A DNA stretch of 64,000 nucleotides from a virus, in the IMG/VR virus record IMGVR_UViG_3300021077_000115, positions 174,064-238,063 of that record, one strand, 5' to 3'. Of the stretch, positions 9,265 to 16,876 are shown one piece after another. Position numbers and translations under genes: made by a program. The stretch's first letter is position 1, and each line of letters opens with the position of its first letter. The notes under the pieces are model-generated. The model had not been told where the DNA came from, searched no databases, and saw nothing but the letters and a program-made list of their open reading frames with translations.

Positions 9265-9991
9265 ATGAAAATACAAACCTTTTTGGTAACAACATTCATC
9301 TCATATATCGCCGCTGCAGCTGATCCAACTCCGGCAGCGCCACCAGAAGCGCCAATCCCAAGCTTCTTTCGATTCGATCAAGACTACATGCTTGGTACCC
9401 AAATCTGGGCTGGCGCAACATATCCATTGACGGATAAGCTTGGTATCTCCGCTGATATTTTTGTTCCAGAGAACTACCCAGGAATGAGTGCTGATTCAAC
9501 CGGTGCTCCCAAGATCATCAATTCATGGTGGGGAGAATTTGATCTTGGCCCCGCATTGACGCTTGGCCCGGTTACATTGACTCCGATGGCAGGCATAGCA
9601 TTTGATTGGGCTGCGAAACGAGCGGTGGCCCTCAATGCACCACAGCTCTACACCATAGTCAATCTCGATAAGATCATGGATTTGGGTTATCCTGTACTCC
9701 CCATTCAAGGATGCAGTGCTCAGTGATTTCATTCACACGCGCGATTGGGTTTTGTATAAGGCCACCAAGGTAATGAGCGTTGGTCCCCAATTCGAGTACT
9801 CATACAACCTCAACAACAAATTATTGGGAGCGAAAGGAACAACAGCCGCTCCATTGGGTGGTCACGTTGAGTTGGCATTCGGCTCAGGCAACTCGCTTGG
9901 ACTGTTCCTCGGTTATGATCTATCAAAGACAGTGCGTGACAGAAGTAACGGGGCTGCAGAAGGTCGTTTGACTTTCGTTCACAACTTCTGA
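9265..9991 (+). pseudogene. outer-membrane beta-barrel-type protein interrupted by an apparent +1 frameshift
   Basis: Signal peptide MKIQTFLVTTFISYIAAAA; C-terminus ...RLTFVHNF (terminal Phe typical of OMPs); frame 1 ends at TGA 9724-9726 and frame 2 (open from 9659) continues; frames overlap 9659-9726. Confidence 0.5.
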
Positions 9992-9998
9992 TGGCAGA

Positions 9999-10241
9999 AT
10001 GAAAAACCTACCTCTGAAACGTGGGGATTTGGTGCGCATGTCCCGGGCCCACAAAGAAGCATTGAAGGCCAACCATTGCAGTCCTCACGTGCGCGAGTTC
10101 GGTCGATGCATTGGAGTAGTTCAGGGTCCTGTGGATTGGGGTAATGGATCCTTTGGTCCAGAGGTTGATGTGCGCTGGAAACCATCGCACTTGCGCTACA
10201 TGTACTCTCAGGAAGATTTAGTTGTCGTGAAGAGAAGTTGA
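9999..10241 (+). CDS. hypothetical small protein
   Basis: 80-aa ORF between the OMP and the lipoprotein gene. Confidence 0.3.
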   Translation: MKNLPLKRGDLVRMSRAHKEALKANHCSPHVREFGRCIGVVQGPVDWGNGSFGPEVDVRWKPSHLRYMYSQEDLVVVKRS

Positions 10242-10263
10242 AGTAAACAACAGGAGAAGAAAA

Positions 10264-11103
10264 ATGATATCTAAATGGTTAACAGTTCTGGCACTGTTTG
10301 TAATTTCATGTGGGGCAACACATGAGGGGTCTTCAGAAAACCAAAGTCTAGGTGAAGTCAAGGCAAACATATTGATTGCTGCTGGGGTTGACATCTCTCA
10401 GATTACATACACGCTAGCTTGCACGCCAACTCCAGTACCTAGTCAAGTGGCCACTGGTACCTGGCAAGTAGCTGTGGATGCGAATGGTAGAGCGAAAGTA
10501 AACGGCTCCATTGGCGGTCTTGATCCGAGCAGCACGTGTACCCTTGTGCTTTCAGGTCAGGACACATGGGGGCTCAACAATGGCAATATCCAGAATTGCA
10601 GAGGGGAGGCTGATGGAGTGCAACCCGCTAGTGGGGCAATCCAAATGAACATGGTCTGCACTGACAACAATGTTGTTGGCCCAAATTCAGGGAGCATTAC
10701 GGCTGACATCACGGTACGACAAGGTACCCCTTATCAGTGCAGCGGGATTGCGTGGTATCGCAGTTCAGAGTACATGTCGCCGATCCAATATGTTGGTGAC
10801 GCCTTCGCTCTAGATATGGCGGTTACTGTCCCAACCTCGCCACAGACTGTAACGTGGACCAGCAACGATGGTGCCGCCTACTGGTATCAAGGATCCATTT
10901 ACTCAAATGTATTCACCTTGACCGGCAACCCTGCGACGGACCCAGCTACATCTGGGAATCCAGCTCAGGTAATGTACTGCTACACGAGTGGTCAATTTAC
11001 GATTACCTTGACAGTGCAGGATCTAACTCCTGGGCTGTTGATCAACGGGCAGCCTGGACTTTGCCCAGCTTTCAGCAACACATTCCAAATTGGGTGCTAC
11101 TGA
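10264..11103 (+). CDS. secreted lipoprotein, hypothetical
   Basis: SD AGGAGA; lipobox-like signal MISKWLTVLALFVISCG; Thr/Ser/Gly-rich. Confidence 0.5.
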   Translation: MISKWLTVLALFVISCGATHEGSSENQSLGEVKANILIAAGVDISQITYTLACTPTPVPSQVATGTWQVAVDANGRAKVNGSIGGLDPSSTCTLVLSGQDTWGLNNGNIQNCRGEADGVQPASGAIQMNMVCTDNNVVGPNSGSITADITVRQGTPYQCSGIAWYRSSEYMSPIQYVGDAFALDMAVTVPTSPQTVTWTSNDGAAYWYQGSIYSNVFTLTGNPATDPATSGNPAQVMYCYTSGQFTITLTVQDLTPGLLINGQPGLCPAFSNTFQIGCY

Positions 11104-11204
11104 TTGTAATTCAACTGTCACTGTAATTCAAATTAGTGGGTTGACTCGCGTTGACGAAGCGCTAGGATAGCGCTCTCACACTGAGGATTCGGTTCCCACC
11201 TCGA

Positions 11205-11238
11205 AGGGCCTGGACTTGTTTCAGGCCCTTTCTTTTTC
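11205..11238 (+). terminator. rho-independent terminator
   Basis: GGGCCTG gacttgttt CAGGCCC followed by TTTCTTTTT. Confidence 0.7.
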
Positions 11239-11662
11239 CCCTTGACATTCTTGGAAGCTTAGTGCACCTTTACAACCTTCGAGCACAGCAGATTCATGGC
11301 TGGCATCTGTGTCTGTTTGTGCTCAATTAATTTATCCTGACTAATTTCATCAGCCTTAATAATTCCAGGTCGAGAAACGTAAGCGTCAGGGCATAATTCA
11401 GCAGATAGATAACGCGGCAACAAAAACCGATAAATAGGATAATCCAGTGACTACTCTCAAGCAGCATAAAAACCACTTACATATTAGCCTGATTCAGGTT
11501 GATATAGTGGTATGCGTCCGCCCAGAGTGGTTGCAAGATCGCTTTTATAATCTACCTGAAAAGGATCTCTGCCGCAGTACTAAGACTTAATGTTCTAACA
11601 CATAGAAGTCAAAGGAAGCCGGCAGAGCGAAAGCAACGCCGGCTTCGGTCGTTTAATAGTTC

Positions 11663-11710
11663 ATGGGTTCTGGTGAGTGATTAAGGGTTCGAATCCCTTT
11701 GGCCCAACCA
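11663..11710 (+). ncRNA. armless tRNA-like minihelix (acceptor + T-arm only), encoded CCA
   Basis: TGGGTTC..AAGGG TTCGAAT CCCTT TGGCCCA A CCA; no D or anticodon arm; preceded by a 9-bp hairpin GAAGCCGGC/GCCGGCTTC. Confidence 0.35.
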
Positions 11711-11761
11711 ATAATGAAGATGGTTATCATTTTCATTGTTCATTGACAATTGAGTACTTCT

Positions 11762-11846
11762 GGTGGCGCTAGCCTATTGGCGAGGGCAAGAGTTTGTAAA
11801 ACTCCCGGTTAATCCTGTGTTGGTTCAATTCCAACCGCCACCACCA
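11762..11846 (+). tRNA. tRNA-Tyr (GTA), type II, CCA encoded
   Basis: GGTGGCG/CGCCACC acceptor, anticodon loop TTGTAAA, long variable arm, T-arm GTTGG TTCAATT CCAAC, A73. Confidence 0.75.
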
Positions 11847-11892
11847 CCCTGCGCGGGCCCATCGTTAAAACGGATGAGCGCGGGGTTCTTAT

Positions 11893-11975
11893 GGAGTATC
11901 GCCGAAGTTGGAGGGTCGGAGCTGTCTGTAAAACAGTCGTCAAAAGCCTAATAGGTTCGAATCCTATATACTCCA
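11893..11975 (+). tRNA. tRNA-Tyr (GTA), second copy, type II
   Basis: GGAGTAT/ATACTCC acceptor, D CCGA/TCGG, anticodon loop CTGTAAA, T-arm ATAGG TTCGAAT CCTAT. Confidence 0.65.
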
Positions 11976-11996
11976 CGAATTGATATATGCCTTTGC

Positions 11997-12362
11997 ATGG
12001 CAAGAAGGATGAGTGAATATCGAAGGGCATATCTAAAATTTCAGGTATCTGAAACAAGACGCAAATTGAAGATAAAAGCCATTGAATACAAAGGCGGGAA
12101 ATGTGAAAATTGTGGCTATGATAAGTGCGTAAATTCCATGGCATTCCATCATATAGATCCTAGCCAAAAAGAATTTACAATATCTGGTGATTACAAATCG
12201 TTTGAGCGTATAAAACCAGAACTAGACAAAACAAAACTATTGTGTCATAATTGCCATGGGGAGTTGCACGACGCAGAAAATCAAAAGAAACTCGAAGTTG
12301 ATAGAGTCGCTTTTGAGCAGATGGTTCGAGAACACAGATCAACAAAATCCATTCCAGGATAG
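11997..12362 (+). CDS. HNH homing endonuclease
   Basis: CENCGY...AFHHIDP...LLCHNCH HNH motif; ends TAG 12360-12362, overlapping the 5' end of tRNA-Asn. Confidence 0.7.
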   Translation: MARRMSEYRRAYLKFQVSETRRKLKIKAIEYKGGKCENCGYDKCVNSMAFHHIDPSQKEFTISGDYKSFERIKPELDKTKLLCHNCHGELHDAENQKKLEVDRVAFEQMVREHRSTKSIPG

Positions 12363-12426
12363 CTCAGTTGGTAGTAGCGCTTGTCTGTTAAACAAGGGGT
12401 CGCAAGTTCGAGCCTTGCTCCTGGAG
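12353..12426 (+). tRNA. tRNA-Asn (GTT)
   Basis: TCCAGGA/TCCTGGA acceptor, anticodon stem CTTGT/ACAAG, loop CTGTTAA, T-arm GCAAG TTCGAGC CTTGC. Confidence 0.75.
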
Positions 12427-12434
12427 CCTGGCGA

Positions 12435-12520
12435 CGAATGATCGATCAATACAATTGAGATACGCCGTGAAGCCTTAAGTTGGCTTACGTAACGGTCTTT
12501 GTTGACCGATCGATCATTCG
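12435..12520. repeat. long inverted repeat (13-bp perfect arms CGAATGATCGATC, about 60-nt loop containing a second hairpin) between tRNA-Asn and tRNA-Pro
   Basis: cgaatgatcgatc at 12435-12447 and its reverse complement gatcgatcattcg at 12508-12520; contains tandem GATC. Confidence 0.6.
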
Positions 12521-12528
12521 AGGCCTAT

Positions 12529-12602
12529 CAGAATGTGGGAAAGCCTGGTAATCCGCCTCATTTGGGATGAGGAGATCGTGAGTTCAACTCTCACCATTTT
12601 GA
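12529..12602 (+). tRNA. tRNA-Pro (TGG)
   Basis: CAGAATG/CATTTTG acceptor (one G.U), anticodon stem CCTCA/TGAGG, loop TTTGGGA, T-arm GTGAG TTCAACT CTCAC. Confidence 0.7.
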
Positions 12603-12603
12603 C

Positions 12604-12678
12604 CGGAGTGTAGCTCAGTTTGTTTAGAGCATCTGGCCTGGGACCAGAGGGTCAGAGGTTAAAATCCTCTCACTCCGA
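12604..12678 (+). tRNA. tRNA-Pro (TGG)-like with C33
   Basis: CGGAGTG/CACTCCG acceptor, canonical D-arm GCTC/GAGC, anticodon stem TCTGG/CCAGA, loop CCTGGGA (C at position 33), T-loop TTAAAAT. Confidence 0.55.
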
Positions 12679-12989
12679 CTAATTTACTAAATGGAATATT
12701 TCACTACGAGCCAATTTATGGACAGGATAAACTTGATTCAATTCAAAATAACGATCATAGAAAGTTCCAGGCATGCTTAGAACGCGGAATAGAGCTTGTT
12801 ATAGTTGACTCCAGTTCACTGAAATACTTTAAACCACAAAATGCAGAAAAATATTTCACAATAATCAAAAGCATATTATTTACTAAAACTATCTAGGTGT
12901 ACGATAGTGATAATCGGCCTGTTTCGGGAACAGGAAATCGTCTGTTTGATTCAGATCACCTAGACCAATGGTTATCATAGCATCATATT

Positions 12990-13679
12990 ATGGCCCCTCA
13001 AAACAAACTTCCGCCAAGGCCAATAAAGCCAAACTCTAAGAGCTATGATGACTTAGCTGCGGTTTCTGCTATGGACGCTGCCGAAGCTAGGCTACGCGCA
13101 GCAATGCATCTTGCGGAAGATGAGGCCAAGAGAGCGAATGAAGAGGAAAGAAAAAACGAAGAATTGAGAAGTGTATTGGACACGATGACAATGAAAGCGG
13201 TGCAGCCACCGGCTCCAATCCAAGTTACAGCTTCAATCATTCCGGCAGCTCCCGATGGAAAACCAATTTCTGTATCGCCGCAAGCTCTCACATTTCGTGG
13301 AAAGCATTGGAAATTTACAATCCCATTTACTTTGATAATATCATTACTTCCTTTAATTTGGGCTTTAGTATCTGACTACATGCAAATGAAAAGAGATTTC
13401 AAAACTCAGACAGATACTTTCGCTAGAATTACGGCCAGAGTCGAGGAAGTTAATGCTTACGCCCATGATGTTGGCAAATCAAATTATGAATTACGTGAAA
13501 CGGTAGCTCAACTTTCTGGATATTTATCTGGCGTTCTTCCGAAAGCTGGTGTAAAGGTTCCTGCTGTTGAACCTGGAGCGGCATATATAAATGTAGTTTC
13601 GGATCCGTTGCCTCTTGCAGAAATGAAGAAAAGACAGAAATCAATTATAGTTCATACGCCCGTGCCGGCACCTAAGTGA
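12990..13679 (+). CDS. hypothetical membrane protein with coiled coil
   Basis: 229 aa; one hydrophobic helix (FTLIISLLPLIWALV); stop TGA; T-run downstream. Confidence 0.45.
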   Translation: MAPQNKLPPRPIKPNSKSYDDLAAVSAMDAAEARLRAAMHLAEDEAKRANEEERKNEELRSVLDTMTMKAVQPPAPIQVTASIIPAAPDGKPISVSPQALTFRGKHWKFTIPFTLIISLLPLIWALVSDYMQMKRDFKTQTDTFARITARVEEVNAYAHDVGKSNYELRETVAQLSGYLSGVLPKAGVKVPAVEPGAAYINVVSDPLPLAEMKKRQKSIIVHTPVPAPK

Positions 13680-13754
13680 TACGCTATCGTGAACGAGCTT
13701 TTTGTTTTTTTTGGCGGCCAAAAGGTTATATATCAACAAATTCGTTATTTTTAT

Positions 13755-13839
13755 GCTGCTATGGTGGAACTGGTTTACACTTTCGATTTAAAATCGAACA
13801 TCTAGAAATAGATTGGGGGTTCGAATCCCTCTAGCAGCA
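13755..13839 (+). tRNA. tRNA-Leu (TAA), type II
   Basis: GCTGCTA/TAGCAGC acceptor, anticodon stem TTCGA/TCGAA, loop TTTAAAA, variable hairpin ATCTA-GAAA-TAGAT, T-arm GGGGG TTCGAAT CCCTC. Confidence 0.75.
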
Positions 13840-13879
13840 CTTGCGCACCTATCAAACAAACCTTACACGCAAAATATAT

Positions 13880-13970
13880 ACAGGTTCGAGTCCTGTCATC
13901 CCCACCGCGCTTTGGCGCAAATTCATGGGGATGTAGCCGAAATGGAACAGGCATTGGTATAAGGAACCAA
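13880..13970 (+). tRNA. candidate circularly permuted tRNA (unit A)
   Basis: 3' half 13880-13906: ACAGG TTCGAGT CCTGT CATCCCC A CC. Linker hairpin GCGCTTTGGCGC. 5' half 13927-13970: GGGGATG TA GCC..GGC A TTGGT ATAAGGA ACCAA. Acceptor strands co-vary perfectly. Leader TGCGCACCT (13842-13850) is complementary to trailer AGGTGCGCA (14002-14010). Confidence 0.4.
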
Positions 13971-14092
13971 GTTGAAAAACTGCAATTCACGGTTTATTAC
14001 TCAGGTGCGCAAAACCTTTATAGTGTTGAATTGGTTGAAAGCTAATTCATCACACCAAGTACATCTATCAAATCAACCTTACAAGCAATAAC

Positions 14093-14181
14093 GGTGGTTC
14101 GATTCCATCATTCCCCACCAGCGCTTCGGCGCAAACAATGGGGAATTAGCCTAATGGTAAGGCAAGTGACAGTAAATCACT
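14093..14181 (+). tRNA. candidate circularly permuted tRNA (unit B)
   Basis: 3' half 14093-14120: GGTGG TTCGATT CCATC ATTCCCC A CCA (full CCA encoded). Linker hairpin GCGCTTCGGCGC. 5' half 14140-14181: GGGGAAT TA GCC TAATGGTAA GGC A AGTGA CAGTAAA TCACT. Acceptor strands pair perfectly. Leader AAGTACATCT (14058-14067) pairs with trailer AGGTGTACTT (14203-14212), 10 bp with one G.U. Confidence 0.4.
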
Positions 14182-14217
14182 CGATAAATAGGTTAATTAC
14201 TCAGGTGTACTTACTAT

Positions 14218-14290
14218 GGTGGCGGAACACAAATGGCCAGTGGACACGTTGTGATCGTGTTATTTGCGGGTTCGAATCCCGTCCGTTACC
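14218..14290 (+). tRNA. tRNA-His (GTG) with G-1
   Basis: G-1 + GTGGCGG/CCGTTAC acceptor (two G.U), anticodon stem ACACG/CGTGT, loop TTGTGAT, T-arm GCGGG TTCGAAT CCCGT, C73. Confidence 0.7.
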
Positions 14291-14477
14291 CCGGCTCGAA
14301 GACATGCTCCAAACATGTTACCTTTGATCGAGCCTTGCATTTGATCAGCGATGACAAAGGAACCTGATTGAATGAATCCGATAGGCAGCCGGAGAGTAGT
14401 TATCGAAACAAAAAGCCGGTACGGAAGGGCCTGATAGATGGCAATTTATCAGACCCTGCTACTAACTAAGGATATTT

Positions 14478-14720
14478 ATGGAAGTAATTGAAACTGGTTT
14501 TAGTCATGCTCATGAAGCGGTAGCCTTTAAGATGGATAGTGGTCATGTTCTATTTTTTGGACCCAATGTCGTTCCCGGAACAGATGTACCAACATTTCGT
14601 TTTACATATGGTGGAAGTATACCAAAGGAAGAACGTGCCCAGATGATTAAATCAATCAAAAAATATTGTAAGGAAAAAGGATTCAGTGCTCCACTTGATT
14701 TCTTCAATTCCAAAGCATAA
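14478..14720 (+). CDS. hypothetical protein
   Basis: 80-aa ORF after the tRNA block. Confidence 0.35.
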   Translation: MEVIETGFSHAHEAVAFKMDSGHVLFFGPNVVPGTDVPTFRFTYGGSIPKEERAQMIKSIKKYCKEKGFSAPLDFFNSKA

Positions 14721-14878
14721 TAAAAGAGGAGTTATGAAATCTAAACCTAGAAATTACGTCATGGCACTCATTGCCAAGAATGACCCAACGCGATACCATA
14801 CTCGCTCGGTTGAAGCCGAGCATATAAAGCTACAACGTAACAGAGCACGCCGACGCGCTAAGGAGCGCAAGGAAATAT

Positions 14879-14949
14879 GTGAAGGTAGCTCAATGGTAGA
14901 GCAATCGGTTGGCCCGATCTATGGGAGTTCGATTCCCCCCTGCACACCA
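14879..14949 (+). tRNA. tRNA-like gene with canonical D-arm and T-arm but a 5-nt anticodon loop (probable pseudo-tRNA), CCA encoded
   Basis: GTGAAGG TA GCTC AATGGTA GAGC A ATCGG TTGGC CCGAT .. GGGAG TTCGATT CCCCC CTGCAC A CCA; lies inside the spurious ORF 14686-15069. Confidence 0.4.
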
Positions 14950-15079
14950 GGAGTTATTCCTCCGCCAAGAACTCTTCAAGACTCAGATCGTGATATAATA
15001 ATAGCGGAAGCAATTGCTTGGGATAGAGAATTTTCTAAGAGAGTTGCGAATATCGAGATATATAGATAATAGAGTATTT

Positions 15080-15153
15080 TGGGACATAGTACAAAGGTAG
15101 TACAACTGGCTCTGACCCAGCACATGGGAGTTCGATTCTCTCTGTCCCAACCA
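15080..15153 (+). tRNA. tRNA-Gln (CTG), CCA encoded
   Basis: TGGGACA/TGTCCCA acceptor, D GTAC/GTAC, anticodon loop CTCTGAC, T-arm GGGAG TTCGATT CTCTC. Confidence 0.7.
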
Positions 15154-15246
15154 TCTGGTTTATAGTGAGCCATATTGCGCAATATGGTCTGGTAAAATCC
15201 CGAGGGTATTGTGCGTTCGATTCGCACCACTGTAGATCAGTCTTAT

Positions 15247-15317
15247 TGGGGTATAGTACAATGGTAGTACAGCTGGCTTTGACCCAGTATACGGGAGTTC
15301 GATCCTCTCTACCCCAA
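15247..15317 (+). tRNA. tRNA-Gln (TTG)
   Basis: Paralog of the preceding gene: TGGGGTA/TACCCCA acceptor, anticodon loop CTTTGAC. Confidence 0.7.
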
Positions 15318-15330
15318 CTTCAAAATATAT

Positions 15331-15412
15331 GTCCAGCTGGTGGATTTGGTATACACAACAGTTTAAGAAGCTGTCGCCGTAAGGCATGCGAGTTCGACTC
15401 TCGCGCTGGACA
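15331..15412 (+). tRNA. tRNA-Leu, type II, anticodon read as AAG (A34, unusual)
   Basis: GTCCAGC/GCTGGAC acceptor, anticodon stem ACAGT/GCTGT, loop TTAAGAA, variable CGCCGTAAGGCAT, T-arm GCGAG TTCGACT CTCGC, A73. Confidence 0.55.
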
Positions 15413-15413
15413 C

Positions 15414-15470
15414 AAGATCCTTTCCCTGGCGGGGAGACGTCACAGTGGTTCGAATCCACAACTGGATCGA
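15414..15470 (+). ncRNA. tRNA-like minihelix (about 57 nt; acceptor-like stem + internal hairpin + T-arm)
   Basis: GATCC ... TCCC TGGC GGGGA ... GTGG TTCGAAT CCAC A ACTGGATC; no D or anticodon arms. Confidence 0.3.
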
Positions 15471-15501
15471 GATTTGTAATTGATAACTACTGATCATGGT
15501 A

Positions 15502-15553
15502 ATTCAATTTCAAATCGTTATGCTCAATTGGTTAATTACCGCTAGTTCAATTC
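15502..15553 (+). ncRNA. armless tRNA-like minihelix (7-bp acceptor + GGTTAATTACC hairpin + T-arm)
   Basis: TGCTCAA TT GGTTAATTACC GCTAG TTCAATT CTAGC G TTGAGCA; perfect 7-bp acceptor and 5-bp T-stem. Confidence 0.35.
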
Positions 15554-15648
15554 TAGCGTTGAGCACGAATTCACTTTCTACACAGATTAGGAATGTCCTA
15601 GTAAGCAAACCACCGAAAGGATGTTAGGCTTGGGAGTGCGTATGTTAT

Positions 15649-15721
15649 GCAGCAGTAGCTCAGTTGGTAGAGCAGTAGCCTGAAGAGTTACGTGTCGTCC
15701 GTTCGACCCGGACCTGCTGCA
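15649..15721 (+). tRNA. tRNA-Phe (GAA)
   Basis: GCAGCAG/CTGCTGC acceptor, D GCTC AGTTGGTA GAGC, anticodon loop CTGAAGA, T-arm GTCCG TTCGACC CGGAC. Confidence 0.8.
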
Positions 15722-15850
15722 CTAGAGGTTGGTTCTTGGTTCGATCCCAAGATAGATATGCAGTGCCGATAGGCCATTTCCCGCTCAATTAGTGTACAAT
15801 AATTCGAAGGAAAGTAATACTATTAGCTCATTGGTAGAGCAGCCTCGCAA

Positions 15851-15931
15851 TGGACTCTAAACTAATCTGGTGAAAGTGCTTGTCTGAAAAGCAAGAAAGC
15901 CCGGATCGTAACCGGGAGAGTCCACTTACAG
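15851..15931 (+). tRNA. tRNA-like gene with 9-nt anticodon loop and variant T-loop ATCGTAA (identity unresolved)
   Basis: GGACTCT/AGAGTCC perfect acceptor; T-arm CCCGG ATCGTAA CCGGG; internal stem CTTG/CAAG closes loop TCTGAAAAG; an orphan canonical D-arm TAGCTCATTGGTAGAGC and an orphan T-arm CTTGG TTCGATC CCAAG lie just upstream (15728-15843). Confidence 0.3.
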
Positions 15932-16096
15932 ATATGAATCCTAGAATAGCCAAACACCAAGTTGGCGTTTACAATTAGGATAACGGTTTCGTCTCTTCCG
16001 GACATACGGGAGACGGCAAACTCGTAGCGAGGCGAGGGCGATAATTCTGAGGTCGCAAAGTCTCAGAAACAACATCTAGATAATAAAACTTAATAT

Positions 16097-16170
16097 TGTA
16101 GAGTAGGCAAACAGGTAAGCCGGCGGATTGTTACTCCGTTGATTTGGGGGTTCGATGCCCTCCTCTACAG
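16097..16170 (+). tRNA. tRNA-Asn (GTT), second copy
   Basis: TGTAGAG/CTCTACA acceptor, anticodon stem GCGGA/TCCGT, loop TTGTTAC, T-arm GGGGG TTCGATG CCCTC. Confidence 0.65.
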
Positions 16171-16175
16171 CTAAT

Positions 16176-16247
16176 GGCCCCATACACTAATGGCTAGGTG
16201 GGCAGTCTTTCTAACTGCAGGTCCGAGTTCGAATCTCGGTGGGGTCA
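16176..16247 (+). tRNA. tRNA-Glu (TTC)-like with U37
   Basis: GGCCCCA/TGGGGTC acceptor, anticodon stem GCAGT/ACTGC, loop CTTTCTA, T-arm CCGAG TTCGAAT CTCGG. Confidence 0.5.
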
Positions 16248-16261
16248 CTGATAGAAAATAC

Positions 16262-16335
16262 GCCTCCATCGTCTAACGGTTTAGGATCGCTGTTTTTCAC
16301 ACAGCAAATGAGGAGTTCGATTCTCCCTGGAGGTA
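16262..16335 (+). tRNA. tRNA-Glu (TTC)
   Basis: GCCTCCA/TGGAGGT acceptor, Glu-type D region TCGTCTAACGG..., anticodon stem GCTGT/ACAGC, loop TTTTCAC. Confidence 0.7.
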
Positions 16336-16352
16336 CTGATATATAAGCCAAT

Positions 16353-16529
16353 ATGTGTATTGCAACAGAACAAATATGCGAAGCTTGTGGAGAGAAATAT
16401 TGGCAAGGAGATCTTCGGTTCGATGAATTACTGAAATGTGATGAGTGCCGAGGAATCAAACTACTTCCAGAGGAATATCCTCTAACAAGAGAACAATGGT
16501 TTGAAACTATAACCAAATTACAACGCTAA
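16353..16529 (+). CDS. small zinc-ribbon-like protein (58 aa), hypothetical
   Basis: MCIATEQICEACGEKYWQGDLRFDELLKCDECRGIKLL...; two CxxC pairs; below the 60-aa ORF-track cutoff; 3' end overlaps tRNA-Leu by 5 nt. Confidence 0.3.
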   Translation: MCIATEQICEACGEKYWQGDLRFDELLKCDECRGIKLLPEEYPLTREQWFETITKLQR

Positions 16530-16608
16530 CGTGGCGGAACTGGTATACGCAGCAGCTTCAGAGACTGCCGTCGATTTAGACATAAGGGTTCGATTCCCTT
16601 CGTTAGCA
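16525..16608 (+). tRNA. tRNA-Leu (CAG), type II
   Basis: GCTAACG/CGTTAGC acceptor, anticodon loop TTCAGAG, variable GTC-GATTTA-GAC, T-arm AAGGG TTCGATT CCCTT, A73. Confidence 0.7.
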
Positions 16609-16611
16609 CCT

Positions 16612-16684
16612 GAAGTAGCTTGAGCCTAATGGCAGAGCTAGAGTAACAACTCTGGTTGAGAGTTTGAATCTCTCAGTTACTTCA
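16612..16684 (+). tRNA. atypical tRNA-like gene (6-nt anticodon loop TAACAA; acceptor can extend to 9 bp)
   Basis: GAAGTAG(CT)/(AG)TTACTTC acceptor, palindromic AGCT/AGCT D-stem, T-arm GAGAG TTTGAAT CTCTC; probable pseudo-tRNA or unconventional decoder. Confidence 0.35.
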
Positions 16685-16733
16685 ATACTATTAAATACTG
16701 AATATTGTGATATAGGCTATGTTAGTTGCTTTT

Positions 16734-16804
16734 GCCCTCATCGTTCATTGGAAGGATGCTAGCTTGTCACGCTAGAGAGAGGAGATCGATACTCCTTGGG
16801 GGCG
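16734..16804 (+). tRNA. tRNA-Asp (GTC) with variant T-loop ATCGATA
   Basis: GCCCTCA/TGGGGGC acceptor (one G.U), anticodon stem CTAGC/GCTAG, loop TTGTCAC, T-arm AGGAG ATCGATA CTCCT, G73. Confidence 0.5.
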
Positions 16805-16876
16805 CAAAATTGTCAGGCTATATTCTGACATGGGAAATAAGGTATATGGAATAATTATTATCATAGAGGTGTTCTA

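Noticed and set aside
11620-11710. Possible tmRNA (ssrA), suggested by the T-arm followed by TGGCCCA-A-CCA
   Set aside because: No matching 5' acceptor strand, no plausible tag-peptide reading frame ending in a hydrophobic ALAA-like tail, and no pseudoknot-sized body. Position 70 is C, so no G3.U70 Ala identity. Kept as an armless tRNA-like minihelix.
12256-12441. ORF-track entries that overlap tRNA genes (12256-12441, 14686-15069 in part, 36218-36562, 51246-51479, 52118-52342, 60657-60866, 60670-60918, 22354-22542, 48428-48748)
   Set aside because: They translate through conserved tRNA stems (for example KPWGFEFLS repeated from tRNA-Ser T-arms) and lack SD sites. Treated as spurious.
16612-16684. 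tRNA-Sec (selenocysteine), suggested by the possible 9-bp acceptor stem
   Set aside because: No long variable arm, total length 73 nt, no TCA anticodon, 6-nt anticodon loop. More likely a degenerate tRNA.
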